Shown: positions 49,189 to 61,381, counted from the first letter of the whole stretch. The stretch: 63,833 nt of DNA, filler included, from Olpidium bornovanus S191 (GCA_017911155.1; 29 parts of 29 records of this genome joined end to end with filler, not necessarily neighbours in it), one strand, 5' to 3'. The notes: generated from the sequence alone by a model not told the origin. Numbers and translations: made by a program.

Positions 49189-51083
49189 CATGGCCTCGTG
49201 CGCCGAGCGGTAACCACCAGGACGGTCGGCGAGACGTCGAAGGCGCTCGCCGCGGCGGCGGAAGCGGCCAAAGGCCGCACTTTGTCGACCCCGGCCGTCG
49301 CAGGCGACAAAATCGGGGAATTCGCCCGGCTCTTGCAGGCAAAGTCGCTGGGCCTGTACGGATTCACCGGATGGAAAGACGTTTTTGCGTTTGCCGTCGA
49401 CCCTTCAATCGGGGCTGCGGCAATCACGAAAATGTACACCGCGACTTTCCGGACAATTCTGGTAAGATTCTCCGTGACGCCTGCCAGTCCGGTGACGCCG
49501 TCACCTACCCGGACTAACTACAGATTTATTTCGGACAAAAATGCTCCTCATCAGCCGCTCTTGATCGTGATTGGCGTGTTCGTATGTTTGGGATTTTTGA
49601 TGCTGTTCATTTCTATAGTTTTCGGGCTCTGCCGGTGCTGCAACAGATGCGGCGGAAAGAACCCGAAGAAATCCGGGTAAGCCAAAAAAAAGCCAATTCC
49701 GGATCAAGTTGGGACAGCACGTGCTTCGCTGATCTCTGACGAGGCCTTGTTTCCGGTTTTTAGGTACACAACGAAGCAGATCGTCATCATCAGCGCCCTG
49801 ACTGTGGCGACCGCGGTCATAACGTGGGTTTTCGCTGCTCTCGTCCTTGTCCACAACCAGCAGATCAGCCTGCTCTTGCCGAGGCTGGATTCGTGGAGGG
49901 TCAGCCTCTTTTCGGACGTGGACCTTCTCCTTGAGAACGCCCACGCGGTCATCAGCTCGGCCGTGACTACAATCGACAACGGCGTGGGCGACATCTACTC
50001 AAGCCTCAGGGCGTACAAAATAGCCGACCAGGTCAGCAGCGGGCTGGACCTGCCGTTCCAGGCGGTTTTCAACGCTTTGACTGCCACGGCGGCCGCGATC
50101 CAGACCATCAGTGCCGCGGCAGCTTCGGCGGTGGGCCTTATGACCACCATCAAGGACAACGCCGCGTCCGCCAGAACGGAGGCGGACAGCATAAGCGCCA
50201 GCATCAGCAGTTTGCAGACCATTTCTTTTACCTTGAACTCGCAGACGTACTCTGCGAACATAAACATCGGGAGCTCGGCGAGCCCGAACGCGAACGACAT
50301 CCCGGATCCGAACAGCCTGCCGGACATCACTCCTCTGGCCAACAAGATCAGTTTGGCACCCGATATAGGGAAGGTTGCCGACGACGCCAACCAAACGTAC
50401 AGGGGCAGCATCGCGAACCTTTCGACCACGTATTTGAACGCGCTGGATGAATTTCACTCCATGGTCGAATCCCCGATCGGCGAGATGGCCGACAATTTGA
50501 ATTTGATGATAGACTCGTTCAGGGAAAATCTTCCGTCGTTGGGCAAAGACCTGCACACGATCGTGATGGACATTGCGACGAAGTTCGATAGCTACAGGTG
50601 AATACGCGGTTCACCCTTCGCAAATCCGCCTTTATCTCTTTTTTTTTTCTCTTCGCGACCGTGAAGAGCTGACCGGGGTAAACAATCCTAGACATGACGC
50701 GACGACGGGGTTGATGATTTTACTCGTAGTTCCGTTCGGGTTGGCATTCGTTGGCGTGTTCGTCCAGAAAAGGAAATGTCTCGTATTGTAGGTTGACTTT
50801 TCTCTGGATATGAACGGCGATCGTAATTGTTACGGGCCGGAGCTGACTGAGATTGTTGCAACGGCGAAGCCTTGCCCCGATCTGCGTTGTTATCGTCATC
50901 CTGACGTGCCTTCAGTTCGTCGTGTACTACATTGGTGCCATTCCCCTGAACGGCTACTGCGTGTCGAACGAAACGGTACTCGGCGTATCTTACACGATAT
51001 ACAACGAGCTCGGCAATGTGGTGACGCTGCAGCCACTGATGGTCATCCAAAACTGCAAGGACGACGAGTCCCTGGTGAACATG
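49189..51083 (+). CDS. Prominin (CD133)-family membrane glycoprotein, internal part, spliced
   Basis: TM then FGLCRCCNRCGGK (human PROM1 CRCCNKCGG), next TM ending VHNQQI...LFSDVDLLLENAHAVI (PROM1 VANHQV...NFKDLRTLLNETPEQI), a long extracellular loop ending KFDSYR (PROM1 EYDSYW), then two more TM segments. Confidence 0.8.
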
Positions 51084-51353
51084 NNNNNNNNNNNNNNNNN
51101 NNNNNNNNNNNNNNNNNNNNNNNNNNNTTAATTAATTAANNNNNNNNNNNNNNNNNNNNNNNNNNNNNNNNNNNNNNNNNNNNCGCCATGGCAACCCATC
51201 CTCGCACGCGTTCTAGAATCCTCAAGGACCGGCCCGGAGGCAAGCCGCGGATGACGTAAGGGCTTCTCTCGCAAGCTCGAATCTGCGGAAGTGTTCGGCC
51301 AGACAGACGTGCGAGCGTTTGGGGCCGCCACCCCTCCCCCCCCCAAAAAAACC

Positions 51354-52205
51354 AGCAACGTGATTACCACCTGCCGTCACGCTATGCACACCGGATGCCT
51401 CCTCGGAAATTTGGAATCCTCCGCAGAGTGCCCGGTGTGCGGTGGCCCTTTCTCTTTGGACGACCTCGGGGAGGCGGAACTTCTCAGCCAAGCGCTGAAG
51501 CTTTTCGAGGAGAAGCGTTGGATGCCGGCCAGGCCCCCCGCCAGCAGCCCACCCGAAGCCGTCGCGGGCGACGACGAGCGCCGAGGAACCTTTTCCCAAT
51601 TCCTGACAGACCGCATCAAGGCTCACATCTTCATCGCCGAAACGGCTTTGAAAGATGCGGCGGAAATAGTCTACGCCGCGAGGCCAGACAAGCTTCACGT
51701 TACCGAATACCGAGAGCGCATGTGGGAGCTGATACGCAGCATGCGCGAGTCGGCCCTCCTCGTCCTGCCTGACGTCGACCCGGCGCCCGAAGTCCCCGAT
51801 GCCGACCTGCTCAACGAGAAGCTGGTTTCCCACTGGATGGACGCCTTGGCAAGCTGGCTGTGCGCCTACAGCGATTACGACCTCGAGCGAACATTGCTGG
51901 ACTCGGATTCCTGGATGAAGAGGATCAAACACTTGAGCGACATGATCGGCAAGCTGGGCCGCTCCCGCGCGACCCGGGCCTACGACGAACATTACTGGCT
52001 TGTGAGGAATATCCTTCGGTTTGCCCCGCCGGTAACCATCCTTCTGAAAAACATGGAAAAAGTTCCGGTGGATCATTCGTTTTCCGAGTTCAACAGGATC
52101 ATGAATGATGCCCTGCGCGCTGAATTGCAGTTTGGTTACTTCAGCAACCAAGAAGAATACCACTTAAATTTGTGGTGGCGTCTTCTGCATTATAGACATT
52201 TGTAG
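51354..52205 (+). CDS. RING-finger-like protein with a long orphan helical C-terminal domain in one exon
   Basis: TTCRHAMHTGCL...ECPVC (RING-H2-like ligands 3-8). The first CxxC is not found, so it lies in an upstream exon or is lost. Confidence 0.6.
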   Translation, partial: SNVITTCRHAMHTGCLLGNLESSAECPVCGGPFSLDDLGEAELLSQALKLFEEKRWMPARPPASSPPEAVAGDDERRGTFSQFLTDRIKAHIFIAETALKDAAEIVYAARPDKLHVTEYRERMWELIRSMRESALLVLPDVDPAPEVPDADLLNEKLVSHWMDALASWLCAYSDYDLERTLLDSDSWMKRIKHLSDMIGKLGRSRATRAYDEHYWLVRNILRFAPPVTILLKNMEKVPVDHSFSEFNRIMNDALRAELQFGYFSNQEEYHLNLWWRLLHYRHL

Positions 52206-52301
52206 ACGAAGAGGTCTACAGAAGGGGGGAGGTCGGACAATGTCACCGACACGCTGTGGGGTTTTCGATACGCACAAAATGCGCGCGTTGCGCTCGGCGG
52301 G

Positions 52302-52348
<47 letters not shown>

Positions 52349-53039
52349 AGAGAACCGCTACCCGACTCGTACTTCGGACAAAGAAATTTACCGACCCCCG
52401 TTTTTCAAATTAGCATGAACCAAAGTACAAGCGTTATATAAACCCGTCACTTGAGTTCACAGTACACCTGTGGCTGACATCGATGCAGGTGTAGTTTTCG
52501 GCTTATTATTTCATTTCGGTGCGTAGCGCGTTTGCTTTCGCAAGGTACACGGTCATGCGCTTGGCAGGCTCTTGTCGAAGCTGGGCGACCTTCAAAGTAA
52601 AGATCTATTTCGGGTTTAACGCGTAATATGATGCTTGCAGATTCACAAACATTTCGAGGCCCTCCTGGAGCATCAAAAGAGTGTAATGACGCTCCATGTC
52701 CCAAATCAGAAAACTACACAACTCCGAAATGACGTTGTTGCGTATTTCAGTGAGCTTCTGAACTTTGATAAGCGTACCGGAGAGCTGGAGATTGGACAGG
52801 AAGCGTTGCTTCCGTGTGACTCAACCACCCCCGCACTGAAGCGCATTGTCCCACAGAAGAGACCTGCGGATGTGACGGCTGTGAGGAACAACACGGGAAA
52901 AGTCGTGCTCAAACGCTCGAGGGGGAGAGGGAAAAGATGGGATCTGCGAGCGCTCTCCTGCTCCGAATCAGAGGAAAACGACGATTCAGACAAATTTGTC
53001 GGTGACGAGGAGAATGATTTCTAAGAATGGCAGTGGCGG

Positions 53040-53385
53040 CAGTTTGTCAAAGGACGGCGGCAAGACCGGGACGGCGGGGATCGAGAGGAAGTTCGACGCC
53101 CGGAAGTCAATTGACTGCGCAAGTGGCCGTGCAGTCGCGGCTCGCCTGGAGGAGTGACAGGGAGCGACTCAGGGCGCGGTAGGACGCGCCACCTCAAGGA
53201 GCCGATCGTCGAGTGAGGCGCAGGTGATACTTTGTTCCTGTAACAAGACAGGCAGATTGTCGATGATGGTGGCGAGGGCAGCAACTACATCGGCGAGGAG
53301 GGTGGCGGCAGCGTCAGTACCAACGCGTGCGGTGATCGATGTGCGCCACTCAGCAAGTCCAGCAAGCTGCCGCTACCCCCAACGG
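53040..53385 (-). mobile_element. Third, frameshifted copy of the unclassified LTR-element ORF1
   Basis: QLAGLAEWRTSITARVGTDAAATLLADVVAALATIIDNLPVLLQEQSITCASLDDRLLEVA, then a 1-nt shift to SYRALSRSLSLLQASRD; closely matches 58390-59059. Confidence 0.85.
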
Positions 53386-54693
53386 TACGAAACGTCGATA
53401 TCGAGAGNNNNNNNNNNNNNNNNNNNNNNNNNNNNNNNNNNNNNNNNNNNNTTAATTAATTAANNNNNNNNNNNNNNNNNNNNNNNNNNNNNNNNNNNNN
53501 NNNNNNNACCGAGATGCCGAAAATGGACTTGGTAATCGAGCCTATCCTCGCAGACAAGGCAATCAAGTTTTCGCTGGTACTGCAAGCTATCGAGAGGAGG
53601 ATATACGAAATTCTGATGGAGACCATGGTCTTGCCGAAGTAAGAATGGTCCGAGGACGCACACCGGCAGATCTGCCCAATAATGTGCTACCCTCCTGCCG
53701 AGGAAATTTTGTGGTCTCACATTGTGCGGTTCCCTCTCATGCCTTCCAGCATGGACGATTTCCCGATTTACCCGTCGGATGGCACGGGTGGTATATTTTG
53801 CGGGGAGCCAAATGCCGATCTATTCGCCGAGGACGACGCCAAAGAGCTGGAGTCGGAACATGAGGAGGACATAGACGAGGCGGAAGAGGAGGAAGATCCG
53901 CTGGCATTTGGGTCATCCGTAGTTTCGTCACTTTCGCCGACCGTGGCGGAACGAGACAACGGCGAGATGGACGGCGGAGGCGGACGATGTCTCGCCACGT
54001 CATCGGCCTTGCAGCTTAACATGGGATCGTCGCTTCTATCGCCCCGCTCGCACCAGGACTTCGCGGACTCGTGGCCCACGTCTCCACCAGGAGGTTCGAC
54101 GTTTGATTTAAAGAAGAACAGGTAGAGAAAGGTCAGAGTATTATCTAAGAGAAGCTCATGCGCTGTCCCGAGCCATGTTGTCGATGTACATGTTGCCGGG
54201 GTACCATGAGCAACTGGTGAACTGCCGTTTGACCATGCAAGTCAGATCAAACGGTCGCGACCAATGTTCGATGACCGAAGCGGCGGATTTGGTGTAGTGC
54301 GTTCACCTGGAAAATTTTGGTAACATGCTCCTGCTGGCCAGTTAAGGGCAAGGTACCGTACCGTTCACTGAGGTACCGTACCGTTCAAGAATTTCGGACC
54401 GTAATTCGTTCCGCCCGCAACACACCCGACTCAGAACAAAAATAACCCACACAACCCCCCGCTCCGGAGAGAGAACCCGCCGTCCGAAGTCCCCCCCCCC
54501 CCCCCCCCCCCCGGGGGGGCCGGGGGGGGGGGGGGGGGGGGGGGCCCCCCCCCCGCCCCCCCCCCCCCCCCCCACCGCCCGGGCAGGTCAGGAAGGGCGG
54601 CAGAGCGGGACGCAGCCCTCGCTGTCCGCCTCTTCTCCTCTGCGCGTGGCCTGCTCGGCCTGACCGCGGCCCGCGGGCGTGTCCTGCCAAGCA

Positions 54694-54769
54694 ATGGCCG
54701 GCAGCAGCGCCGTCGCTGCGGTTCACTATGCCGGCCTGAGAAGGTATCTGGAGGAGCACCTGCTCAAAG
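54694..54769 (+). CDS. Possible first exon of a Spa2/GIT-like polarity scaffold
   Basis: MAGSSAVAAVHYAGLRRYLEEHLLK then a GT donor; the HYxxLxxYL pattern precedes the SHD repeat in fungal Spa2. The match is short. Confidence 0.35.
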
Positions 54770-54788
54770 GTAGCGCACGTTTGCCCCC

Positions 54789-54860
<72 letters not shown>

Positions 54861-55136
54861 CCCCCCCCGCCCGCCCCCCCCCCTCCCNNNNNNNNNNNNN
54901 NNNNNNNNNNNNNNNNNNNNNNNNNNNNNNNTTAATTAATTAANNNNNNNNNNNNNNNNNNNNNNNNNNNNNNNNNNNNNNNNNNNNCATGCTTTTTCCC
55001 TCCCGGGCACAAAGCGAATGGCGAGCTCGGCTTTTTTATGCGGCTAGCCTCCCGTTTTCGTCTTCGTCCTCGTTTCTCTTTTGATCCCTTCCCATCATCT
55101 CCACCCGATTAATCCGCGCGGGGATGCGCGCTTCTT

Positions 55137-55385
55137 GGAGGAGGAGATTGTAGCGCATCGACCGTAGTCCCCATCAATCCCGAGTATTCACCTGGCTATC
55201 GACTTCGTACGCCGCGTGGCTCCGTCCCAATCGACCTCGAAGCCACGTGGGAATGTCACTTCTCTTCGATGTACTGCCTTGCTTCTTTCGATTGACGTCA
55301 CGTGATCGACCGGCAAGTACGTAAACCGCCCCCGGCTCTCAATAATAAACATAAGCTTCCGGTCCACAAAAACGTCCTTACGACA
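55137..55385 (+). mobile_element. Polypurine tract (55137-55147) plus candidate 3-prime LTR (55149-55385) of another LTR element
   Basis: GGAGGAGGAGA, then TGTAGCG...AATAATAAAC...CCTTACGACA (TGT...ACA ends), abutting copia RT sequence. Confidence 0.5.
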
Positions 55386-55439
55386 CCACCGACGCGGATG
55401 ACCTCGCCGCGCGAGGCGGGGATACTGGTGGTGGATCAT

Positions 55440-56207
55440 TTCCAAAGGAGCTTCCGCCCGGCGCCTCCATCTGTTGTAAGGTAGCTCTCTACGTCGCCGA
55501 CATGATGATGATGATGACCTGATGATGACGTCGGGCGTCGCCCGGATCGAATCAACGGTTGCGGATTGTTACAAAATGACCGATTCGAGCACTCTCTCTG
55601 TTCTGGGGATGAGATTCACAGGCGGCGAGGGCCCGAACGACGACTCCATCATCACCAAATCGCACCTAATCGACGAGCTACTTCAAGATAATCAACTCAC
55701 CGACGCGCACGCGGAGAAGGCTCCGCTCGAAACACACATGCTTGAGACGCTCTCGACGTCACTCCGAGGATACCTACACCCCGTCGCAGGCGCTGCAAAA
55801 AAGGTTCCAGGAGATCGTGGGCAGCCTTCTCTACCTGTCAACGCACACACGCCCAGATATCTGCTTTGCAGTGGGGTTCCTCCCTTGGTATGTGCATAAA
55901 CCGACAGAGAAACACCTCGCCGCAGCCAAGCGCGTGATCAGGTGCCTCAAGGGCACTAAACACCGCGGGATCCACCTTCCGGCCCTGGCGACGGGTCATC
56001 TACCTCAAAATCTACCTCCGGACTCCACGGATGGGTCGACTCGGACTGGGCCGGGTGTCGCGAAACGCGCTCATCCGCGACCGGCTACATGATCACCCTC
56101 GGATCGGCACCTGCGAGCTGGAGATCCGCGCGACAAACCTGCGTCGCAACAAGTTCTACCGAGGCAGAATTCATCGCGGCCTCGACGGCGGCACAAGGAA
56201 TTTGCTA
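55440..56207 (+). mobile_element. Degenerate Ty1/copia RT-RNase H
   Basis: VALYVAD (YVDD decayed), IVGSLLYLSTHTRPDICFAVGFL, AAKRVIRCLKGT, WVDSDWAG, TGYMITLGSAPASWRSARQTCVATSSTEAEFIAA. Confidence 0.9.
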
Positions 56208-56470
56208 NNNNNNNNNNNNNNNNNNNNNNNNNNNNNNNNNNNNNNNNNNNNTTAATTAATTAANNNNNNNNNNNNNNNNNNNNNNNNNNNNNNNNNNNNN
56301 NNNNNNNCCCCTGCGCCGCCGCCGCCAACTGCCGCTATCGTCGTCACCGAAAACTTAGCTCCATCGTCGAGAGGAGGCTAAAACACAAAAAAAAAGAAAA
56401 AGGGAAAACGGCGAAACCATAACTCTCAACTTCCAAATTCAACTAACACAACTTTCGACAAACCCGAACA

Positions 56471-57484
56471 ATGCCCTTAGAAAATCTGGATACTGAGAGC
56501 AAGCCTGGACGTGGGGCCATCTTCTCTGGTCGTTTTGGTTACGGCCCTGACCTCGACGCTCCAGAATCTCCATCCCCTCTTGCTACGCCAACGGATGAAG
56601 TAGCTTCTCTCTGTCGCGCTCTTCTTGAGGCCCAAGCTCAGTTGAATAAGCAACGTGTTCACCGCGATTGCCTTGACCATGTTGACCAACAAGCACAAGA
56701 ACGGCAAGACCGCCCCATCCAATCCCGCCTTCCTTCTGGCGATTATTGTCTTCGATCAGAAAAGATTTTGCAGATGATATTCAGCGAGATTCCCAAATAC
56801 GACAGGAAAGGTGGCACCGCCACATTACGGGTGTTTCTTCAAAAGATGGATCGCTTTCTCCAAGGCGAGATCCATGATCGACACCATTGTTTAGACCTGC
56901 GCATTACCAAACTCGCCAGTCCACCTGCGACCTTGTGGTATGACCATTTGGATGTGCTTGCACATGCTGGTGATGATAACCTGTCTTGGGACGATTTAAA
57001 GGATCCTCCGCCTCCATTATGGCAATGACCATGAGCTTATGAATGCCACCCGGTGTTTGCGATCGCTGAAGCAAATGGGCTCTGTGTTACAATACACCAA
57101 TTCTTTCAACATGATAACTCCTCAACTGAACGGCATGATGGACCAAAGCGTCCTTATGATACAGTATTTGGACAATTTGAATGATTCTGTCAAGCGTGCC
57201 ATCAGTACAGTCCCTGCCAACCTGACGTCTCTTATTTCCTCCCAACGAGCAGCCCTTCAATATGACGCCGTTAACAGGGCTTCAGAATTTGCTGCTCCCG
57301 CACATGCCCGTGCTCGTCATGAAAATCAACCACTCTCTTTGCTATCTTCGAGCTACACAAGAGCCAGTAGCCAACCCGATCGATCGACCCGTGTCAGTCA
57401 GAAGCACACCCTGAACCCAGGCAACCCCGGCAACAACGCTGTGACTTCTCATTTGGACAACAAGAATTCAAACAACAAGAACAT
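56471..57484 (+). mobile_element. Ty3/gypsy-like gag, frameshifted, interrupted at 57484 by an LTR insertion
   Basis: IPKYDRKGG..LRVFLQKMDRF, LWYDHL, and LRSLKQMGSVLQYTNSFNMI...YLDNLNDSVK (Retrotrans_gag-like LxQxGSVxxYxxxF). Confidence 0.75.
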
Positions 57485-57617
57485 TGTAGTGTACCCCTCG
57501 ACGATGACTGGCATGTGACCTGTACCTATATAGCCAGTCGCCCCCCGGGCACACCCGAATAGACTCCAAAGTCTTTCCTCCCTTCGACGTCTCACTACAA
57601 AGTGGGGAATCCGAGGA
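57485..57617 (+). mobile_element. 115-bp 5-prime LTR (57485-57599) plus PBS-like motif (57603-57617) of the unclassified family
   Basis: Perfect 7-bp inverted termini TGTAGTG / CACTACA, TATATAG at about 57527, then AAG-TGGGGAATCCGAGGA. Confidence 0.8.
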
Positions 57618-58389
57618 AGAACCATCCCTTTTGACCAGCCTCCCTTTTGACCAGCTCCGGCGCTTCGCCCCCGCCGCGCCCGCGCTTCGCTCCCCGCCGC
57701 GCCGGCGCTTCGTCCCCGCTGCGCCCGCGCTCGGCCCCCGCCGCGCCGCTCCGCCGCGCCTTCTGAAGAAGAACCGTCCTTCGACCGCTCTTCTTTTCGA
57801 CCAAAACCGCGTCGTCGTTCCTCGCGTTTGACGCCGCGCGCCTTTGCTTTCTGCGCCGCTGCGTTTGGCTGTTTTTCGCAGCATTTTTTTTCTTTCTGCG
57901 TCGCTCCGCCATCGTTCCGCCGCAGCACCCGTTTTTGCGCTTGCTTTTTCTGCTTGTTTTCGCGCTTGCGTTCGTTTCCGCGCTTGCGTTCGTTTGTTTT
58001 CGTCGCCGAAACGACGCCCGTTTTTGCTTTGAAACGCCGCTTTCCCGTTGCTTTTGCCTGCTCGGCCCCCGCCGCGCCCGCGCTCTGCCGCCGCCACGCC
58101 CGCGCTTCACCCTTCGTCGTGCCCGTCCTCCGCCCCGGCCGCGCCCGCGCTCCGCCCCCGCCGCGCCCGCGCTCCGCCTCCGCCGCGTCGACCCCGCCGC
58201 TTCGCCCCCGCCGTGCTGCTTCGCCGCGCCGTCACTGCGCCGTCACCGCGCCACGGTGCCGCCGCCGCGTTTGTTTTTGAGCTCACGTTTGTTTTTGAGC
58301 TTATTTTCGTTCACTGAGCTTACTTTTGCTCACCGCGCTTTCGTTTTTGTTTGCTCCATTGCTTTTGCCGTCGACGACAGCCGCTGACG

Positions 58390-59059
58390 ATGCCCTCGCC
58401 GCGTCGTCGGCGCCGCAAAGGCGCGACGCCGCTGCCGCTGTCGCCCCACGTCACGGCGACTCAAACTGCTCCCTCGCCGACAGCCATTGCACCGTCAAAC
58501 TCGTCGAACTTCGCTGTTCGTTCGGCCGCGTCGTCCCCCGCCCCCGTCGCCGCGTCGTCCCCCGCCCCCGTCGCCGCGTCGTCATCTGCGCCCGTCGACC
58601 CTGCCGCCGTCCCCATCCCGCCGTCGCCGTCCCTCGACGCACGGATGGACCTACTGCCGCTTCGCGTTCCCCTGTTCATACCCGAACAGGCCGCGCCCGA
58701 CGCCACTCCCGCCGCCACGCCCGCCGCGCCCGCCGCTTCGTCCGCCTGTGTCGGACTCGAGGCGAGCCGCCAAAACCCGGCTTTCGCCCCCGCCGTCGAT
58801 GCTCTCCTTCGACAGCAGAAGCTGGCTGGCCTCGCTGAGTGGCGCGCTTCAATCGTTGCCCGTGTTGGTGCTGTTACCGCGGCTGCGCTTTTAACCGACA
58901 TTGACGCCGCCCTTCCTGCCATCGTCAACGACCCGTCCATTTCGTTGCAGGAGTTGAGCGTTACCTGTGCCTCGCTCGACGAGCGCCTCATCGAGATGGC
59001 TGCCTCGTACCGTGCGCCGAGCCGCTCCCTGTCGCTTCTCCAGGCGAGCCTCGACCGCA
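58390..59059 (+). mobile_element. ORF1 of the unclassified LTR family, 3-prime truncated
   Basis: MPSPRRRRRK...MDLLPLRVPLF...LLTDIDAALPAIVNDPSISLQELSVTCASLDERLIEMAASYR; homologous to 18458-19321 and 53040-53385. Confidence 0.7.
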
Positions 59060-59173
59060 NNNNNNNNNNNNNNNNNNNNNNNNNNNNNNNNNNNNNNNNN
59101 NNNTTAATTAATTAANNNNNNNNNNNNNNNNNNNNNNNNNNNNNNNNNNNNNNNNNNNNAGGTGGGGGGGGGG

Positions 59174-59268
<95 letters not shown>

Positions 59269-59604
59269 AGAAAGGGTGATCGCCGCGGGTCCGGCGAGAA
59301 CAAAAAAAAAACAAATAAAAGTTTTCGAACTTTCCGGCGTTTGCAATAATGAAAGAAATTCGGCAGCCCGCGTGCGAACAGGAGGCCCGCCCTGTCATGT
59401 GACGTTTCGTGCCTCTTTTTTTTTTTACGTTCCCGTCAGCGACGAACCCCTCCGGACCCGCGAAAGTGCGCCTCGTAAATAAGCTTTGAGGGGAGGAGGG
59501 AAAAGGGGGGGAGTGGGATGGCTGCCGGCGGTCGAGGCGCGATTCGCCGCGCTGATTGCCCCGGCGTACCTCCCGCGAAAACGGCGGCTTCCGCGATCGG
59601 CGGC

Positions 59605-61251
59605 ATGCGCGACCGCACCGGCGAGTTCCTGGAGGTAAACTTCGCGAAGCGGGGGACCCGTCTCGCCGCCCCCGCCTCGGGGCGGGCGGCGGCTCCAAAA
59701 AAAAAAAAAGTTTTCCGAGGGAATGTTTGCGCTAGATCCCCAGCCGTAGGCCAGCCGCGTCTTGGACGGGGAGACGCTGGAGACCCCTTCGGTCGCGGAG
59801 GCTCCGCTCGTCGCCGACGGTTCGGCCGCCGACGATGACCGCGATTCCGACGACCTCGACGTCGTCTGCGACGCTGCCGGCCTGAGCGCGGATGCCTACC
59901 TGAGAGCCGTGAGCCTCCCCCCCTCCCCCCCCTTTTTTGCTCTGCGCCCGCCCGCGTTCGTCGTTTGCAGTTTTTCTTTCTAGGCCCCCCCCCCCGCCCC
60001 ACACACACACACACACACACCGCGCAGCGCGCGATCGCTTATCGAAATGGCCCCGTCCTCGGTCCCGCGCGGCAGGTTCGGAAGGTCGACGCGATGCTGC
60101 TCGAGCTCTCGAGAAACGTCGAGAGTCTAAAAAGGCTGAACCAGAACTCTCTGGTGGCGGTCACCGAGGCGGACGTGGCGCGTGCGTCGAAAAAAAAAGG
60201 AAAATAATCCGCCGCGTTCCCGCTCGCGTCGCGGGGAAGGGTCGTTCTTTCGAAAACTGATCGCCGTGACCGTGTCTCCTTGCCGCCGACGGATTTCTCC
60301 GGACAGGGAGCGAAAGCGCTTTGAAAGCTCTCATAGAGGAAACGGATTCCCTTTCCGATCGGATTGGCCGCCGCTTGAAAGGTCAGGGCCCTCTCGCTTT
60401 TCATCGAGTAAAATTTGATCTCTCCGGCTCTAGAGTCTCACCCGGGAACACTTTTAAGCTTTGGAACTCCCTAGGCCGACCGCGGGGATTGCAACTCCGA
60501 ACCAAAGGAACAAGCAGCTGCACGTGCGTCAATGCCTCCCTCTCTCCCCCCCCTTCCCCATTTGTCGTTATCGACCGTCCTAACCTTCCGGCTCTGCTCT
60601 CTCACTCCGCAACGCCGAACCTCCGCAGCATGAGAGGCTGGCGAGGCACTTCTTGGACGTACGCGTAAATTTCCGTAGATTTGCGTGGCGGTTTACAAGC
60701 TCGTCACCGGTCTAACGCTAGCACGCACCCCCACCGCTTGTATCTGTTGATCAACAGCTGCTCACCAAGTACCGCAATCTGGAACGTAGCAGCCGGAATG
60801 CCTACGTCAAGCGGCTCTCGAGGCAATACCGAGTTGGTAAATGATTCTAGGTCGCGGGTTTCCTTTTCATTATACCCACCCCCTTTTGCCCGAAGGGGCG
60901 AAGGGGGTGAGAGGGGAGGGGGACGCCGCCGAACCGGGCGTTTCGCCCCGCCTTTTTTTTTTCCTCCCCAGTCAAACCAGATGCGACAAAACGAGAAATC
61001 GACTGCGCGATCGAGATGAAATCCTCGCCGGTTTTTGCAGCCGCCGTAAGAAAGAGATGTTATTTTGAGACGGCCGGGCTCCCGACCTCGACCAGACGAA
61101 AGCATCGCCTTCTGAAACCGCGTAATGTTTCATTTTCTTTCCCGAAAAATCGCAGATGGTCAGAAGCGTGAGAAGCGCGCAGGCCAGCTCGGCTCTCGCG
61201 GAAGTCGAGGAACGTCACAGGGAGATCCTGAACATTGACTCCTCGCTTCAG
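59605..61251 (+). CDS. SSO1: Plasma-membrane syntaxin (Sso1/Sso2-like t-SNARE), multi-exon, 3-prime truncated
   Basis: MRDRTGEFLE, LIEETDSLSDRIGRRLK, KYRNLERSSRNAYVKRLSRQYRVVKPDATKREID, ALAEVEERHREILNIDSSL across GT-AG introns. Confidence 0.88.
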
Positions 61252-61331
61252 GTGGGGCCGCGCGCACTCGGTTTTGAAAAAAATTGACAGAATTTGTGCT
61301 GCGCGATAATGCGGCTCAACAGGGGTCACCC

Positions 61332-61381
<50 letters not shown>

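Noticed and set aside
53508-54125. Long reading frame with one in-frame TAA (about 53639) as stop-codon readthrough or recoding
   Set aside because: No homology was recognised to show the frame is real, and all well-supported genes here use the standard code; a decayed ORF or misread splice is simpler.
57039-57518. ORF-track C-terminus VVYPSTMTGM as the true gag end
   Set aside because: Those codons come from the inserted LTR starting at 57485.
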